32,000 nucleotides of DNA. It comes from Paracoccus suum (GTDB lineage Bacteria > Pseudomonadota > Alphaproteobacteria > Rhodobacterales > Rhodobacteraceae). Position numbers and translations under genes: made by a program. Below the pieces are notes generated by a model that saw nothing but the letters and a program-made list of their open reading frames with translations, ran no database searches and was not told where the DNA came from. Of this stretch, positions 1 to 8,871 are shown in pieces; the stretch's first letter is position 1; each line of letters starts with the position of its first letter. The stretch is from assembly GCF_003324675.1 (NCBI RefSeq), contig NZ_CP030918.1, forward strand, positions 570,001 through 602,000. Direction: 5' to 3'.

Positions 1-309
1 CGGGGTCATCGCTGCCAGCCGCTCGGCCGCCCAGCCAGTCAGGTGTATCTGCGGCTGGCCGGCGCGGTTGTTGGTCACCGCCATGTCGCGCCAGGCGATG
101 CCCATGCGCAGCCCGGTGCCCAGCGCCTTGCTGCACGCCTCCTTGGCGGCCCAGCGCTTGGCGAGCGTCGCAGCCTCGTGCGGTCGGCGGGCGGCGCGGG
201 CCAGTTCGGTCGGGGTAAAGACCCGCGTGCGAAAGCGGTCCCCATGGCGGTCCAGCACGCCGGCGATGCGCGCGATATTGGCGAGGTCGGTGCCGATGCC
301 GAGGATCAT
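1..309 (-). CDS. acpS: holo-[acyl-carrier-protein] synthase (4'-phosphopantetheinyl transferase); the 3' end runs off the window
   Basis: Reverse complement from the ATG at 309-307 reads [26 protein letters not shown]...[21 protein letters not shown]... This is collinear with E. coli AcpS (GLGTDIVEI...AKRFAVKEAAAKAFGTG). It is absent from the ORF track because its stop lies outside the window. Its start overlaps the upstream gene's stop (306-308) as ATGA. Confidence 0.9.
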   Translation of the reverse strand, partial: MILGIGTDLANIARIAGVLDRHGDRFRTRVFTPTELARAARRPHEAATLAKRWAAKEACSKALGTGLRMGIAWRDMAVTNNRAGQPQIHLTGWAAERLAAMTP

Positions 310-1112
310 TGCCCATCCCACCAGTTGAGCGGGTTCCAGTCCGACCCCGGCCCGGGCAGGGGCGCAGTGCCGTCGGGCGCGACCGGCCCCGCAGGGCTGC
401 CAAAGGCCCAGTCATAGATCGCGCGGAACATGCCGAGGCTGGCGCCCCAGGTGCCACCCAGATCGAGCGCCGGGAGCCCTTCGTAAAGGCCGCGCGCCTC
501 GTCCCAGGCGGCGCCGGGACTTGATGCGACTGCGGCCCAGATCTCGGCCCGGGTCGGGGCCTTCATCCCGCAGACCTGGGTGGCTTCGGGCGGGACGGCA
601 CGTTCCGGGTTCAGCGCGACATCCAGCTCGCGCACCTCGCTCATCATGGCGCATGCGTCGTGCAGCTCCCACGCGGTGGCAGCGGCGATCACGCCGACGC
701 CGATCACCGGGATCGCCTCACCCGCCACGCTGCCGATGTTGCGCGCCGCCCCGCGCGCCGTACGCCGCGCCAGCCGGTCCGAGGTGTCGGCCACAGCCTC
801 GGCCGCCGGCCGCCGCGCACCGCGATAGGTCACCTGCCGCGCCGCGCGCGCCTTGGCGGCCTCGGCCGCCTCGCTGGCGGCACGGGCCTCGGCCCGTGTG
901 GCGCGTGCTTCCAGCGCGGTGGTCCGCGCGGCATTGCGGGTGGCAAGGCTGCGCACGCCGCTGACCGCCTCGACCGCGCCGGCGACCGCGGCGAACACCA
1001 CCGGCGAGACCGCCATAGCGACATTCAGCGCCAACGACGCCGCCATCAGCAACATCATCAGCACCGACCACAACCCGCCGAGCGTGCGCCAGATCAGGCG
1101 GATCGCCCTCAT
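306..1112 (-). CDS. hypothetical membrane protein (N-terminal TM, Ala/Arg-rich helical segment, second TM, Trp/Gly/Pro-rich C-terminal domain)
   Basis: Internal start [29 protein letters not shown]... of track ORF 306..1445. The ATG at 1112-1110 overlaps the stop of the upstream gene (ATGA), and its own stop overlaps the acpS start. Third-position GC is high. I recognise no family. Confidence 0.6.
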   Translation of the reverse strand: MRAIRLIWRTLGGLWSVLMMLLMAASLALNVAMAVSPVVFAAVAGAVEAVSGVRSLATRNAARTTALEARATRAEARAASEAAEAAKARAARQVTYRGARRPAAEAVADTSDRLARRTARGAARNIGSVAGEAIPVIGVGVIAAATAWELHDACAMMSEVRELDVALNPERAVPPEATQVCGMKAPTRAEIWAAVASSPGAAWDEARGLYEGLPALDLGGTWGASLGMFRAIYDWAFGSPAGPVAPDGTAPLPGPGSDWNPLNWWDGQ

Positions 1113-1567
1113 CGGGCGTCGGCGGTGATCTCGCCGCTGGATTGGTTGATGGTCAGGCGCAGCGTCGCGGGGTGGGCGTCGCTCTCGCCCGGCGTGACCC
1201 GCTTGATAGGCACGGTCACGACCAGCCCCTTGCCGGCCTGATACTCGGCCCGGCGCGCGGCGAAATCGAGACCGAAGAAGCCCGAGCCCTCGGCCTCGCC
1301 CACCAGCCGGCAACGGCGCAGGCCAAGCTCGTCCAGCGGCGGCGACTGGACCATCAGATAGAATGGCGCGCCGGCTGGCTCGACCGTGTCGATCGCGGTC
1401 AGGCGGATCGCACCGTCGGCATAGGTGGCGGTGTTCGCCTCCCACGGCTCGGCAATCGTGTCGGCGCGAGGGCCGTCACCGCAGGGCGTAACCGACTGGG
1501 CCCCGGCCGGGAGGGCAAGCAGCGCAAGCATCGCGGCCAGCCGAGTGCTGCGCCGGCCGCCCATCAT
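1109..1567 (-). CDS. hypothetical secreted/periplasmic protein with a cleavable signal peptide
   Basis: 152-aa ORF with the N-terminus [25 protein letters not shown] (Sec signal, AXA-type site). Its start overlaps the pdxJ stop (ATGATG/TGA at 1562-1567). I recognise no family. Confidence 0.6.
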   Translation of the reverse strand: MMGGRRSTRLAAMLALLALPAGAQSVTPCGDGPRADTIAEPWEANTATYADGAIRLTAIDTVEPAGAPFYLMVQSPPLDELGLRRCRLVGEAEGSGFFGLDFAARRAEYQAGKGLVVTVPIKRVTPGESDAHPATLRLTINQSSGEITADAR

Positions 1568-2307
1568 CCGGCGTTCCCGCGCGCAGCGTCCATGCAGCGG
1601 CGCATTTCGGCGATTGCCGGCCCAAGGCCGCGCAGGATGGCCTCGCCGATCAGGAAATGGCCGATGTTCAACTCCAGCACCTCGGGCATGGCAGCGATCG
1701 GGCCGACGTTCTGATAGGTCAGGCCGTGGCCGGCGTGCACCTCCAGCCCCAGCGCGGCGGCGAGGCTGGCGCCGGCGCGCAACCCTTCCAGTTCGGCCTG
1801 CTGCTCGGCCAACCGGCCCTCGATCCCCAGGTCACACCATGCGCCGGTGTGCAGCTCGACCACCGCGGCGCCGGCCTTGGCCGCGGCCTCGATCTGGCGC
1901 GGATCATGGCCGATGAACAGTGACACCCGGCTGCCGGCCTCGCGCAGGGGGGCGATGAAATCGGCCATCCGCCCGGCATCGCCAGCAACGTCGAGGCCGC
2001 CCTCGGTCGTCCGCTCCTCTCGCTTTTCGGGCACGATGCAGACGGCATGCGGGCGGTGGCGCAGCGCGATGGCCTGCATCTCGGGCGTGGCCGCCATCTC
2101 GAGGTTTAGGGGCGCGCTCAGGGTTTCCATCAGCCGGGCGATGTCGTCGTCGCTGATATGGCGGCGATCCTCGCGCAGATGGGCAGTAATGCCATCAGCG
2201 CCGGCGACCTCGGCGACGCGCGCGGCCTCCACCGGGTCGGGCCAGGGCGTGCCGCGGGCGTTTCGGACAGTGGCGACATGGTCGATGTTGACGCCGAGGC
2301 GCAGCAT
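1564..2307 (-). CDS. pdxJ: pyridoxine 5'-phosphate synthase
   Basis: [19 protein letters not shown]...[12 protein letters not shown]...NLEMA...[14 protein letters not shown]...ELHTG...HAGHGLTY...[10 protein letters not shown] is collinear with E. coli PdxJ. I chose the ATG at 2307 (GGAG 8-11 nt upstream). An alternative upstream start at 2334 would add 9 aa. Confidence 0.93.
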   Translation of the reverse strand: MLRLGVNIDHVATVRNARGTPWPDPVEAARVAEVAGADGITAHLREDRRHISDDDIARLMETLSAPLNLEMAATPEMQAIALRHRPHAVCIVPEKREERTTEGGLDVAGDAGRMADFIAPLREAGSRVSLFIGHDPRQIEAAAKAGAAVVELHTGAWCDLGIEGRLAEQQAELEGLRAGASLAAALGLEVHAGHGLTYQNVGPIAAMPEVLELNIGHFLIGEAILRGLGPAIAEMRRCMDAARGNAG

Positions 2308-2414
2308 GGCGAGGGCTCCGGTTGGGACGCGCAAAGACTAGCCTGCGCGCCCGCGGGGCGCGAGTCCCCGTAGCGCGCCTTGCCGCCCCCACCGCTGCGA
2401 GCTAAGCCCAGCCC

Positions 2415-3470
2415 ATGCTGCCCACCGAGCGCCTTCACCAGATCACCCGCCGCTTCGAATATCTCGAGGCGCGGCTGAATGCCGGTCCGGCGCCCGACGA
2501 GATCGCAGACGTCAGCCGCGAATACGCCGAGCTGAAACCGGTCGTGCAGCTGATTGCCGACTGGAACGAAGCCGAGGCCGGCATTGCCGAGGCCCAGGCC
2601 ATGCTGGCAGATGCCGAGATGCGCGACCTGGCCGCGGACGAACTGGCCCGCCTGCGCGCCGTCCAGCCAGAACTGGAGCAGGCCCTGCGCCTCGCCCTGC
2701 TGCCGAAAGACGCGGCCGACGCCCGCCCGGCGATCTTGGAAATCCGGCCCGGCACCGGCGGCGAGGAGGCTGCCCTGTTCGCCGCCGACCTGATGCGCAT
2801 GTATCAGCGCCACGCTGAGGCGCAGGGTTGGCGCGTCGAAGTGCTGGAGCTCGCCGCGACCGAACTCGGCGGCGTGCGCGAGGCCGTCATGCGGATCGTT
2901 GGCGAAGGGGTCTTTGCGCGGCTGAAATACGAATCCGGCGTGCACCGCGTCCAGCGCGTGCCGGAAACCGAATCCGGCGGGCGGATCCACACCTCGGCCG
3001 CGACGGTGGCGGTCCTGCCCGAGGCCGAAGCCGTCGAGATCGACATCCCCGCGACCGACATCCGCATCGACACGATGCGCGCCAGCGGGGCCGGCGGCCA
3101 GCACGTCAACACCACCGATTCGGCCGTCCGCATCACCCACCTGCCGACCGGGATCGTGGTCACCTCGTCCGAAAAATCGCAGCACCAGAACCGTGCCAAC
3201 GCCATGGCCGTTTTGCGGGCGCGGCTGTTCGACTTGGAACGATCGCGCGTCGATGCAGCCCGCGCCGCAGACCGCCGCACCCAGGTCGGCAGCGGCGATC
3301 GCAGCGAGCGCATCCGCACCTACAACTTTCCCCAAGGGCGACTGACCGACCACCGCATCAACCTGACGCTTTACGCGCTCGAAAAGGTGATGGCGGGCGA
3401 TCTGTCCGAGGTGATCGACGCGCTGACCGCGCATGACCAGGCTGCGCGCCTCGCCGCGTCCGAGGGCTAG
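2415..3470 (+). CDS. prfA: peptide chain release factor 1
   Basis: The 351-aa product carries the GGQ motif ([25 protein letters not shown]) and the RF1-type PxT tripeptide ([13 protein letters not shown]), not the RF2 SPF. No frameshift site is present. Confidence 0.95.
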   Translation: MLPTERLHQITRRFEYLEARLNAGPAPDEIADVSREYAELKPVVQLIADWNEAEAGIAEAQAMLADAEMRDLAADELARLRAVQPELEQALRLALLPKDAADARPAILEIRPGTGGEEAALFAADLMRMYQRHAEAQGWRVEVLELAATELGGVREAVMRIVGEGVFARLKYESGVHRVQRVPETESGGRIHTSAATVAVLPEAEAVEIDIPATDIRIDTMRASGAGGQHVNTTDSAVRITHLPTGIVVTSSEKSQHQNRANAMAVLRARLFDLERSRVDAARAADRRTQVGSGDRSERIRTYNFPQGRLTDHRINLTLYALEKVMAGDLSEVIDALTAHDQAARLAASEG

Positions 3471-3560
3471 CACCGCCTCGCCGGGCGCGATCCGGCGCCA
3501 GGCACCAAGGGGGTTGCGCTGCCCGCCCCGATGGGCACACCATGACCCTGCATTTGACGG

Positions 3561-3587
3561 ACGCCCCCGGCCCAAGGCCGGGGGCGT
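3561..3587 (+). terminator. GC-rich hairpin downstream of prfA (possible intrinsic terminator without a clear U-tract)
   Basis: acgcccccggc / ccaag / gccgggggcgt forms a perfect 11-bp stem with a 5-nt loop. It is followed by tcgcg rather than a T-run. Confidence 0.4.
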
Positions 3588-3647
3588 TCGCGCAAGCTGC
3601 GTGACTGTGGCCCCCGCCGTGAACGAGGCGGTTCTGAGGACCGATGA

Positions 3648-4118
3648 ATGGAACGGATACCGATGACGCGGGCGGGTTTCGCCCAGGCCGAGGAAGAGCT
3701 GCGTCAGCTGAAATCGGTCGAGCGCCCCGCGGTGATCAAGGCGATCGCCGAGGCGCGCGAGCATGGCGATCTCAGCGAGAATGCCGAATACCACTCTGCC
3801 CGCGAAAAGCAGAGCTTCCTTGAGGGTCGCATCAAGGAGCTTGAGGCGATCCTCAGCCGCGCGCAGGTGATCGACGTCGCCGGCATGTCGGGCGCAATCA
3901 AGTTCGGCGCCACCGTCGATCTGGTCGACGAGGATACGGACGAGCGCAAGACCTTCCAGATCGTCGGCGAAGCCGAGGCCGATCTGGAACGCGGGCTGCT
4001 GAACATGCGCTCTCCGCTGGCGCGGGCGCTGATCGGCAAGGACGAAGGCGACAGCGTCGAGGTGGTCACCCCCGGCGGTCAGCGCAGCTATGAAATTCTC
4101 GCGGTGCGCTACGCATGA
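3648..4118 (+). CDS. greA: transcription elongation (cleavage) factor GreA
   Basis: [55 protein letters not shown]... is the classic GreA N-terminal coiled coil with the DLSENAEY motif. Length is 156 aa. Confidence 0.95.
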   Translation: MERIPMTRAGFAQAEEELRQLKSVERPAVIKAIAEAREHGDLSENAEYHSAREKQSFLEGRIKELEAILSRAQVIDVAGMSGAIKFGATVDLVDEDTDERKTFQIVGEAEADLERGLLNMRSPLARALIGKDEGDSVEVVTPGGQRSYEILAVRYA

Positions 4119-4137
4119 AGTTGGAAAGGGGACCGCA

Positions 4138-5127
4138 GTGTCGGCCTTGAGCAAGGTAGAAGGACTGCGCCGCGCAGCAGCCGAGGACCGCGCCATCGCT
4201 GCGGGCCTCCTGGTCAGCGCGGCGTGGGTGGTGCTGTTTTTGCTTGTCTGGCTGTTCGGCCCCGCCGGCGACGGCGCGGCCCGCAGTGGGGCTGCCCGGC
4301 TGGTGACGCTGGTCGGCGTGTTCGTGCCGCTGGTGCTGATCTGGATGGCCGTCGGCACCGCCCGCGCCCTCGCCGGCCTTCGGGACGAGGCGCATGACCT
4401 TCGCGCCCAGTTGCTGGCGATGCGCCGCGGTGCGCCCGCCGACCTGCCGCCTGAGCTGCAAGCCGGGATGGAGGATGCCGAGGCGCAGATGCTGCCGCTG
4501 GACACGCCCGCCCCGCGCGCCGTTGCCCAGCCCCGGCGCGAGGCCACGCCGCGCACTGCCGCCGCCCCCCGGGCGTCGGCTGGCCGCGCCCGCACGACGG
4601 CCGCAGCCGCGCCGCCGCAGCCGAGCCTCGATCTTGGTGCGCCGCCGGCCGTCGAGGTCGATCCGCATGACCTGATCCTTGCGTTGAACTTTCCCGATGG
4701 CCCCGACGATCACGACGCAGTCGACGCATTGCGCCGCGCCCTCGCCGATGGCGAGACGGCGCGTCTGATCCGCGCCGCGCAGGATGTCATTACCCTGCTG
4801 GCTGCGCGCGGCCTCTACATGGACGACGTGCCGGCCCCGAACGCACCCGCCGAATCGTGGCGCCGGTTTGTCGACGGCGCGCGCGGGGCGGCGCTGGACG
4901 GCATGGACCTGCCGCAGCCCGACCCGAATGCGGAGGCCGCTCTGGCCGAGGCCCTGCGCAGCGACGAGGTATTCCGCGACGCGGCGCACCACTTCCTGCG
5001 CCATTGGGACAAGCTGCTGGGCCGGGCCGTACCGCAACTGGACGATAACGGCGTTCGTCATCTGGCGGCCACCCGTTCAGGCCGGGCCTTCGCAACGCTG
5101 GCGCAGTCCACCGGGATTTTCGGCTGA
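4138..5127 (+). CDS. hypothetical membrane protein (2 TM, coiled segment, Pro/Ala-rich linker, conserved-looking C-terminal domain)
   Basis: Track ORF 4090..5127. I prefer the GTG at 4138 (VSALSKVEG...), preceded by GGAAAGGGGA, because the ATG at 4090 would overlap greA by 29 nt. I recognise no family. Confidence 0.5.
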   Translation: MSALSKVEGLRRAAAEDRAIAAGLLVSAAWVVLFLLVWLFGPAGDGAARSGAARLVTLVGVFVPLVLIWMAVGTARALAGLRDEAHDLRAQLLAMRRGAPADLPPELQAGMEDAEAQMLPLDTPAPRAVAQPRREATPRTAAAPRASAGRARTTAAAAPPQPSLDLGAPPAVEVDPHDLILALNFPDGPDDHDAVDALRRALADGETARLIRAAQDVITLLAARGLYMDDVPAPNAPAESWRRFVDGARGAALDGMDLPQPDPNAEAALAEALRSDEVFRDAAHHFLRHWDKLLGRAVPQLDDNGVRHLAATRSGRAFATLAQSTGIFG

Positions 5128-5269
5128 CGGCCACCTGCTCCGCAGTCGCGCGCGCCCCCACGTCAACGGCAGGCGGCCCCCGGGCTTCCATCAGTCCTGA
5201 CCGGGCGTTCCGCCCTTGTGCCCCTGCGGTAAATCCGGGAACTGTCGGCGAAACCAGCCGAGACCCACC

Positions 5270-6049
5270 ATGCCCCCCGATTCCGTGCCCGGCGCCGCTG
5301 TGCCTGCCTCTGCCCCGACCTCGCGCAACCGGGCGGCGTTCCTTGCCGGGATGCTGCAGGCGCTGCCGTTTCTGATCGTCCTGCTGCCCTTTGGGCTGGT
5401 GTTCGGCGTGACTGCGGTCAACGCCGGCATGGACCTCTGGCAGGTGCTGGGCTTTTCGACCATCGTGCTGGCCGGCGCATCGCAGATCACCGCGGTGCAA
5501 CTGCTGGTCGAGCAGGCGCCGCTGCCGATCGTTATCCTGTCGGCGCTGGCGGTCAATCTACGCATGGCGATGTATTCGGCCTCGCTCGTGCCCTGGGTCG
5601 GCCAAGCCTCGCCACGGATGCGCGCGCTGCTGGCCTATGTGCTGATCGACCAGACCTATGCCCTGTCGATCCGCCGCTACGAGGAAAACCCGCGCATGAC
5701 GCTGCCCGAACGGCTGGCGTTCTTCTTTGGCGTCGTTGTCGTACTGGCCCTGCCGTGGCCGGTTTTCTCGGTCATCGGCGCCACGCTCGGGCAGGCAATC
5801 CCGCCGGAATTCGCCCTCGATTTCGCAGTGCCGATCACCTTTCTGGCGATGATCGCGCCGCTGCTGCGCTCGCGCCCGCATCTGGCGGCCGCGGTCACTG
5901 GCTTTGCAGTGGCGGCGGCGCTGCGGCACATGCCGTCGGGCACCGGTCTGATGATCGCCGCCCCAATCGCCATGGCCGTCGGCGCCGAGCTGGAACGCCG
6001 TCAGGCCCGGCGGCAAGCGCAGCAACCCGCCCCGGAGGGCGCATCATGA
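5270..6049 (+). CDS. azlC: AzlC-family branched-chain amino acid exporter, large subunit
   Basis: Polytopic membrane protein (...FLAGMLQALPFLIVLLPFGLVFGVTAV...GASQITAVQLL...LAVNLRMAMYSASL...) typical of AzlC. It is followed by an ATGA-overlapping small AzlD-like partner. Confidence 0.8.
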   Translation: MPPDSVPGAAVPASAPTSRNRAAFLAGMLQALPFLIVLLPFGLVFGVTAVNAGMDLWQVLGFSTIVLAGASQITAVQLLVEQAPLPIVILSALAVNLRMAMYSASLVPWVGQASPRMRALLAYVLIDQTYALSIRRYEENPRMTLPERLAFFFGVVVVLALPWPVFSVIGATLGQAIPPEFALDFAVPITFLAMIAPLLRSRPHLAAAVTGFAVAAALRHMPSGTGLMIAAPIAMAVGAELERRQARRQAQQPAPEGAS

Positions 6050-6387
6050 CCGGTACCGCCACCGCATCGACTGCCGAAATCTGGCTCGTCATCATCCTGC
6101 TTGGGGCCGGCACCTATTTCCTGCGGTTGTCCTTCCTCGGCCCCCTTGGCCGGCGCAAGCTGCCGGAGGGTTTGCTGCGGCACCTGCGCTATACCCCGGT
6201 CGCAGTGCTGCCGGCGCTGATCGCGCCCGGTGTGATCTGGCCCGCCGCGACCGGCGGCCATGCCGATCCGGCCCGGATTTTTGCCGCCCTGATCACGGTC
6301 GTCACCGGTATCGCCACCCGCAGCACGGTGGCGGCGATCTGCGCGGGGCTGGTGTCGCTTTACCTCGGCCTGTGGCTGGTCGGATGA
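6046..6387 (+). CDS. azlD: AzlD-family small membrane subunit
   Basis: Internal start MTGTATASTAEIWLVIILLGAGTYFLRLSFL... of track ORF 5755..6387. The ATG at 6046 overlaps the azlC stop (ATGA). The product is 113 aa with 3-4 TM segments, the canonical azlCD arrangement. Confidence 0.75.
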   Translation: MTGTATASTAEIWLVIILLGAGTYFLRLSFLGPLGRRKLPEGLLRHLRYTPVAVLPALIAPGVIWPAATGGHADPARIFAALITVVTGIATRSTVAAICAGLVSLYLGLWLVG

Positions 6388-6791
6388 CGCCAGAACTTGG
6401 AATCCGTGACCTGAAGCGCAGCCTCGACTTCTGGGTCGGCATCATCGGTTTTGCGGTGCGCTACACTCGCCCGGAGGAGGGGTTTGCGATGCTCGGCCTC
6501 GGGCCGGCCCGGCTGATGCTGGCCAGCATCAATCTCGGGCGGACCTTCGATGCCGCGCGCGTGCGCGCGGAGGGCGCGCCGCTGGGCCTCGGGATGAACC
6601 TGGAAATCGAAGTCACGGACCTGGATGCGCTGGTCGGCCGGGCGACGCGCTCCGGGCTGACACCGCTGCTGCCGCTGGAGACACGTTGGTATCGCACCGG
6701 GACGGGCGTGGTCGGCCAGCGGCAACTGGTGCTTGCCGATCCCGATGGTTATTTGGCGCGGCCGTTCACCGAAGTGACCGCGTCCGCCTAA
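6384..6791 (+). CDS. VOC (glyoxalase/bleomycin-resistance/dioxygenase) family protein
   Basis: MTPELGIRDLKRSLDFWVGIIGFAVRY...GLGMNLEIEVTDLDAL...LVLADPDGYLARP resembles a small VOC-fold protein. Its ATG overlaps the azlD stop (ATGA at 6384-6387). Confidence 0.65.
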   Translation: MTPELGIRDLKRSLDFWVGIIGFAVRYTRPEEGFAMLGLGPARLMLASINLGRTFDAARVRAEGAPLGLGMNLEIEVTDLDALVGRATRSGLTPLLPLETRWYRTGTGVVGQRQLVLADPDGYLARPFTEVTASA

Positions 6792-6794
6792 CGC

Positions 6795-7424
6795 TTACTG
6801 GACCGGTTTATTACCGGCGCGGGTCAATTCGCCGCGCTGGCGCAGCAGGACGTCATGGTTGTCGGCGGGGTCGCCGTCGTAGTGCTTTTTCTCGGTCGCG
6901 CCCGGCAGCGTCCGGAACCAGTTGCGCAGCTTCAGCGGCGAAAAGCCCGAAGGCGCGCCGGTAAAGCCCGGCACCTTGCGCAGCACCGCGCTGGTGTCGT
7001 TCGCGCAGAAGCTTTTCATCGCAGCGCCGTTCGCCTCGGCCGCGCGGATCGCGGCATCTGCCACTTCGCGGCTGACCGGGACCGTATCGGCGGCGACCCA
7101 GTAGGTCTCGCGCGCATGGTAGTCGATGTAGAAGTTCCGCAGGTTGTCGGTGATGCCGTACAGCACGTCATGCCGCTCGGGCGCCTGCGGGTGCGACCAA
7201 CTGCCGGCCGGGTCATAGATCACGCGCTGGCTGCCGTTGATCATCAGGGCCGAATGCGCACCCTCGCCCCGGGGAATGCCGATCACGGTGTAGAGCGTGA
7301 TCGAGGGCGGTTCGTTCGAGACGAAGCGCGCGCTGCGCACCGCCTCGTCCGAGGCATAGATATTGTCCGCACAGGCCGCCAGGCCCGCCGTCAGAGAGAG
7401 CGCGAGGAAGGCGCGGCGCAGCAT
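6795..7424 (-). CDS. hypothetical lipoprotein
   Basis: The N-terminus MLRRAFLALSLTAGLAAC contains a lipobox (L-A-A-C). It lies 22 nt downstream of ctaH on the same strand. I recognise no family. Confidence 0.65.
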   Translation of the reverse strand: MLRRAFLALSLTAGLAACADNIYASDEAVRSARFVSNEPPSITLYTVIGIPRGEGAHSALMINGSQRVIYDPAGSWSHPQAPERHDVLYGITDNLRNFYIDYHARETYWVAADTVPVSREVADAAIRAAEANGAAMKSFCANDTSAVLRKVPGFTGAPSGFSPLKLRNWFRTLPGATEKKHYDGDPADNHDVLLRQRGELTRAGNKPVQ

Positions 7425-7446
7425 GATAAGACCCCGTGGGAAAAGA

Positions 7447-7647
7447 TCAGGAGTTGGCGAGCGCGAGGAAGATCAGCACGGCCGACATGGCGACCGCATT
7501 CCAGGCGAGGAACTGGACGAAGTAGCCAAACATGCGCTCATGCTCCTGCACGTCCATCGTGCCATGGGTGTGGGCGGCGTGGTCATGGGCATGGGACGTG
7601 CCGTGCGTGGCGGTGGTCGTGTGGGTAGTGGTGACGGTCGTGGCCAT
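7447..7647 (-). CDS. ctaH: aa3-type cytochrome c oxidase subunit IV (small single-TM subunit) with a Thr/His-rich N-terminal extension
   Basis: ...HGTMDVQEHERMFGYFVQFLAWNAVAMSAVLIFLALANS aligns with my recollection of P. denitrificans subunit IV (...[39 protein letters not shown]). A GAAGGGA ribosome-binding site precedes the ATG at 7647. Confidence 0.8.
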   Translation of the reverse strand: MATTVTTTHTTTATHGTSHAHDHAAHTHGTMDVQEHERMFGYFVQFLAWNAVAMSAVLIFLALANS

Positions 7648-7713
7648 GGCGCGTCCCTTCGATGTATCTGTGATGAATGGTTGGCGCAGCGATACCCCAA
7701 GCCGCGGCCCCTG

Positions 7714-8871
7714 TCACGTCCCTGATGCCGCACCCGCGCCCGTCGCGCCCCACAGGGTTCCGCCATCTGCGGTGGTGCCGGCAGCCTCGATCAGCCCCTC
7801 GGCCCGCAGACGATTAATGTGGGCAACCGCCTCGACCAGGGCGAGGCCGAACTCGCCCTCGCCGATGCGCCGGCGGTAGAGGACGTCAAAGCAGCCGACC
7901 GCAGTGCGTGGCGCCTCGGCCAGCACAGAGACCAGCCGATCGAGCGCCGCGCGGTGGTTTCCGATGAGCGCGGCGAGGCGAAACGGCAGGCCGGTGAATG
8001 GCAGGCCGTGGCCGGGCAGCACCAGCTGGTCGGGCCGGGCAAACCGCGCCAGCCGAGCGCAGCTGTCCATCCAGTCGCCGACCGGGTCGGCCAGCGGCTC
8101 GGTCGGATAGACCCCAAGGTTGGGCGAGATCCGCGGCAGCAGCTGGTCGCCGCCGATCACGATGCCATCATCCGACCACAGGGTCGCGTGTTCGGCAGCA
8201 TGCCCCTCGCCCATACGCACCGCCCAGCGTCGGCTGCCGAGGGTAAGGCACTGGCCTTCCTGCAGACGGCGAAAGCCGGGGCGCAGCGGGGCCGCGACAT
8301 CCGCCGAATGCCACGGCCGCTCGGTAGCGCGGCGGGCCAGCATCTCGGCAGGCATGCCGGCGGCCCGCCAGAACTGCAACTGCTCGGGCGGCGGGTGTCG
8401 GGGCTGGTCCAGCCACAACATGCGTGCGGTCAGCCAGGCCGTCCGGCTCATCAGGACCTCGGCGCCCTCGACCTGTAGCGCGCCAGCGCGGCCGACGTGG
8501 TCGGCATGGGAATGGGTAACCAGTACACGTGCGACCCTGCCCGCCAGTGGCCCTGCCCGCAGCGCCGCCCATTGCGCGCGGCTGGGGGCGTCGTCAAAGC
8601 CGGTGTCAATCACGGTCCAGCCGTCATCATCGGCCAAGGCGTAGATATTGACGTGATCGAGCCGCATCGGCAGTGGCAACCGCATCCACAGGACGCCCGG
8701 CGCGACTGTGATCGCGGCGCCGGGCACCGGCGGCTCGGGGAATGGGTAGGCAAGGCCGGCTGCCCCGCCTGCCCGCCCCTCAGTTTCGGCAAATGGCGCG
8801 GGGATCTGCGCCTCGGCGACATCAGTAGACGCGGGGCCGGCCGTGGTCCCCGCACCAGCCCGTTCCCTCAC
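7714..8871 (-). CDS. MBL-fold metallo-hydrolase
   Basis: The THSHADHVG (HxHxDH) motif is present, along with downstream His/Asp ligands (GHAAEH, LPGHG). The GTG start at 8871 overlaps the stop of the upstream acyl-CoA dehydrogenase (GTGA). The exact start is uncertain. Confidence 0.8.
   Translation of the reverse strand: MRERAGAGTTAGPASTDVAEAQIPAPFAETEGRAGGAAGLAYPFPEPPVPGAAITVAPGVLWMRLPLPMRLDHVNIYALADDDGWTVIDTGFDDAPSRAQWAALRAGPLAGRVARVLVTHSHADHVGRAGALQVEGAEVLMSRTAWLTARMLWLDQPRHPPPEQLQFWRAAGMPAEMLARRATERPWHSADVAAPLRPGFRRLQEGQCLTLGSRRWAVRMGEGHAAEHATLWSDDGIVIGGDQLLPRISPNLGVYPTEPLADPVGDWMDSCARLARFARPDQLVLPGHGLPFTGLPFRLAALIGNHRAALDRLVSVLAEAPRTAVGCFDVLYRRRIGEGEFGLALVEAVAHINRLRAEGLIEAAGTTADGGTLWGATGAGAASGT

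Noticed and set aside
2346-2362. cgcgccc-gcg-gggcgcg hairpin in the pdxJ/prfA divergent spacer
   Set aside because: A 7-bp GC stem with a 3-nt loop is easily produced by chance at this GC content. It has no U-tract, its position between divergent starts argues against a terminator, and no known motif fits.
3616-3640. GAAC-N6-GTTC palindrome upstream of greA as a possible SOS box
   Set aside because: The alphaproteobacterial LexA operator is a direct repeat with a 7-nt spacer (GTTC-N7-GTTC). This is an inverted repeat with a 6-nt spacer, so it does not fit.
2130-4595. 821-aa ORF on the minus strand spanning prfA and greA
   Set aside because: It lies antisense to two unmistakable genes (RF1 with GGQ, and GreA). 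Its product is low-complexity and rich in Arg, Ala, Gly and Pro, typical of shadow ORFs in high-GC DNA, and I recognise no motifs.
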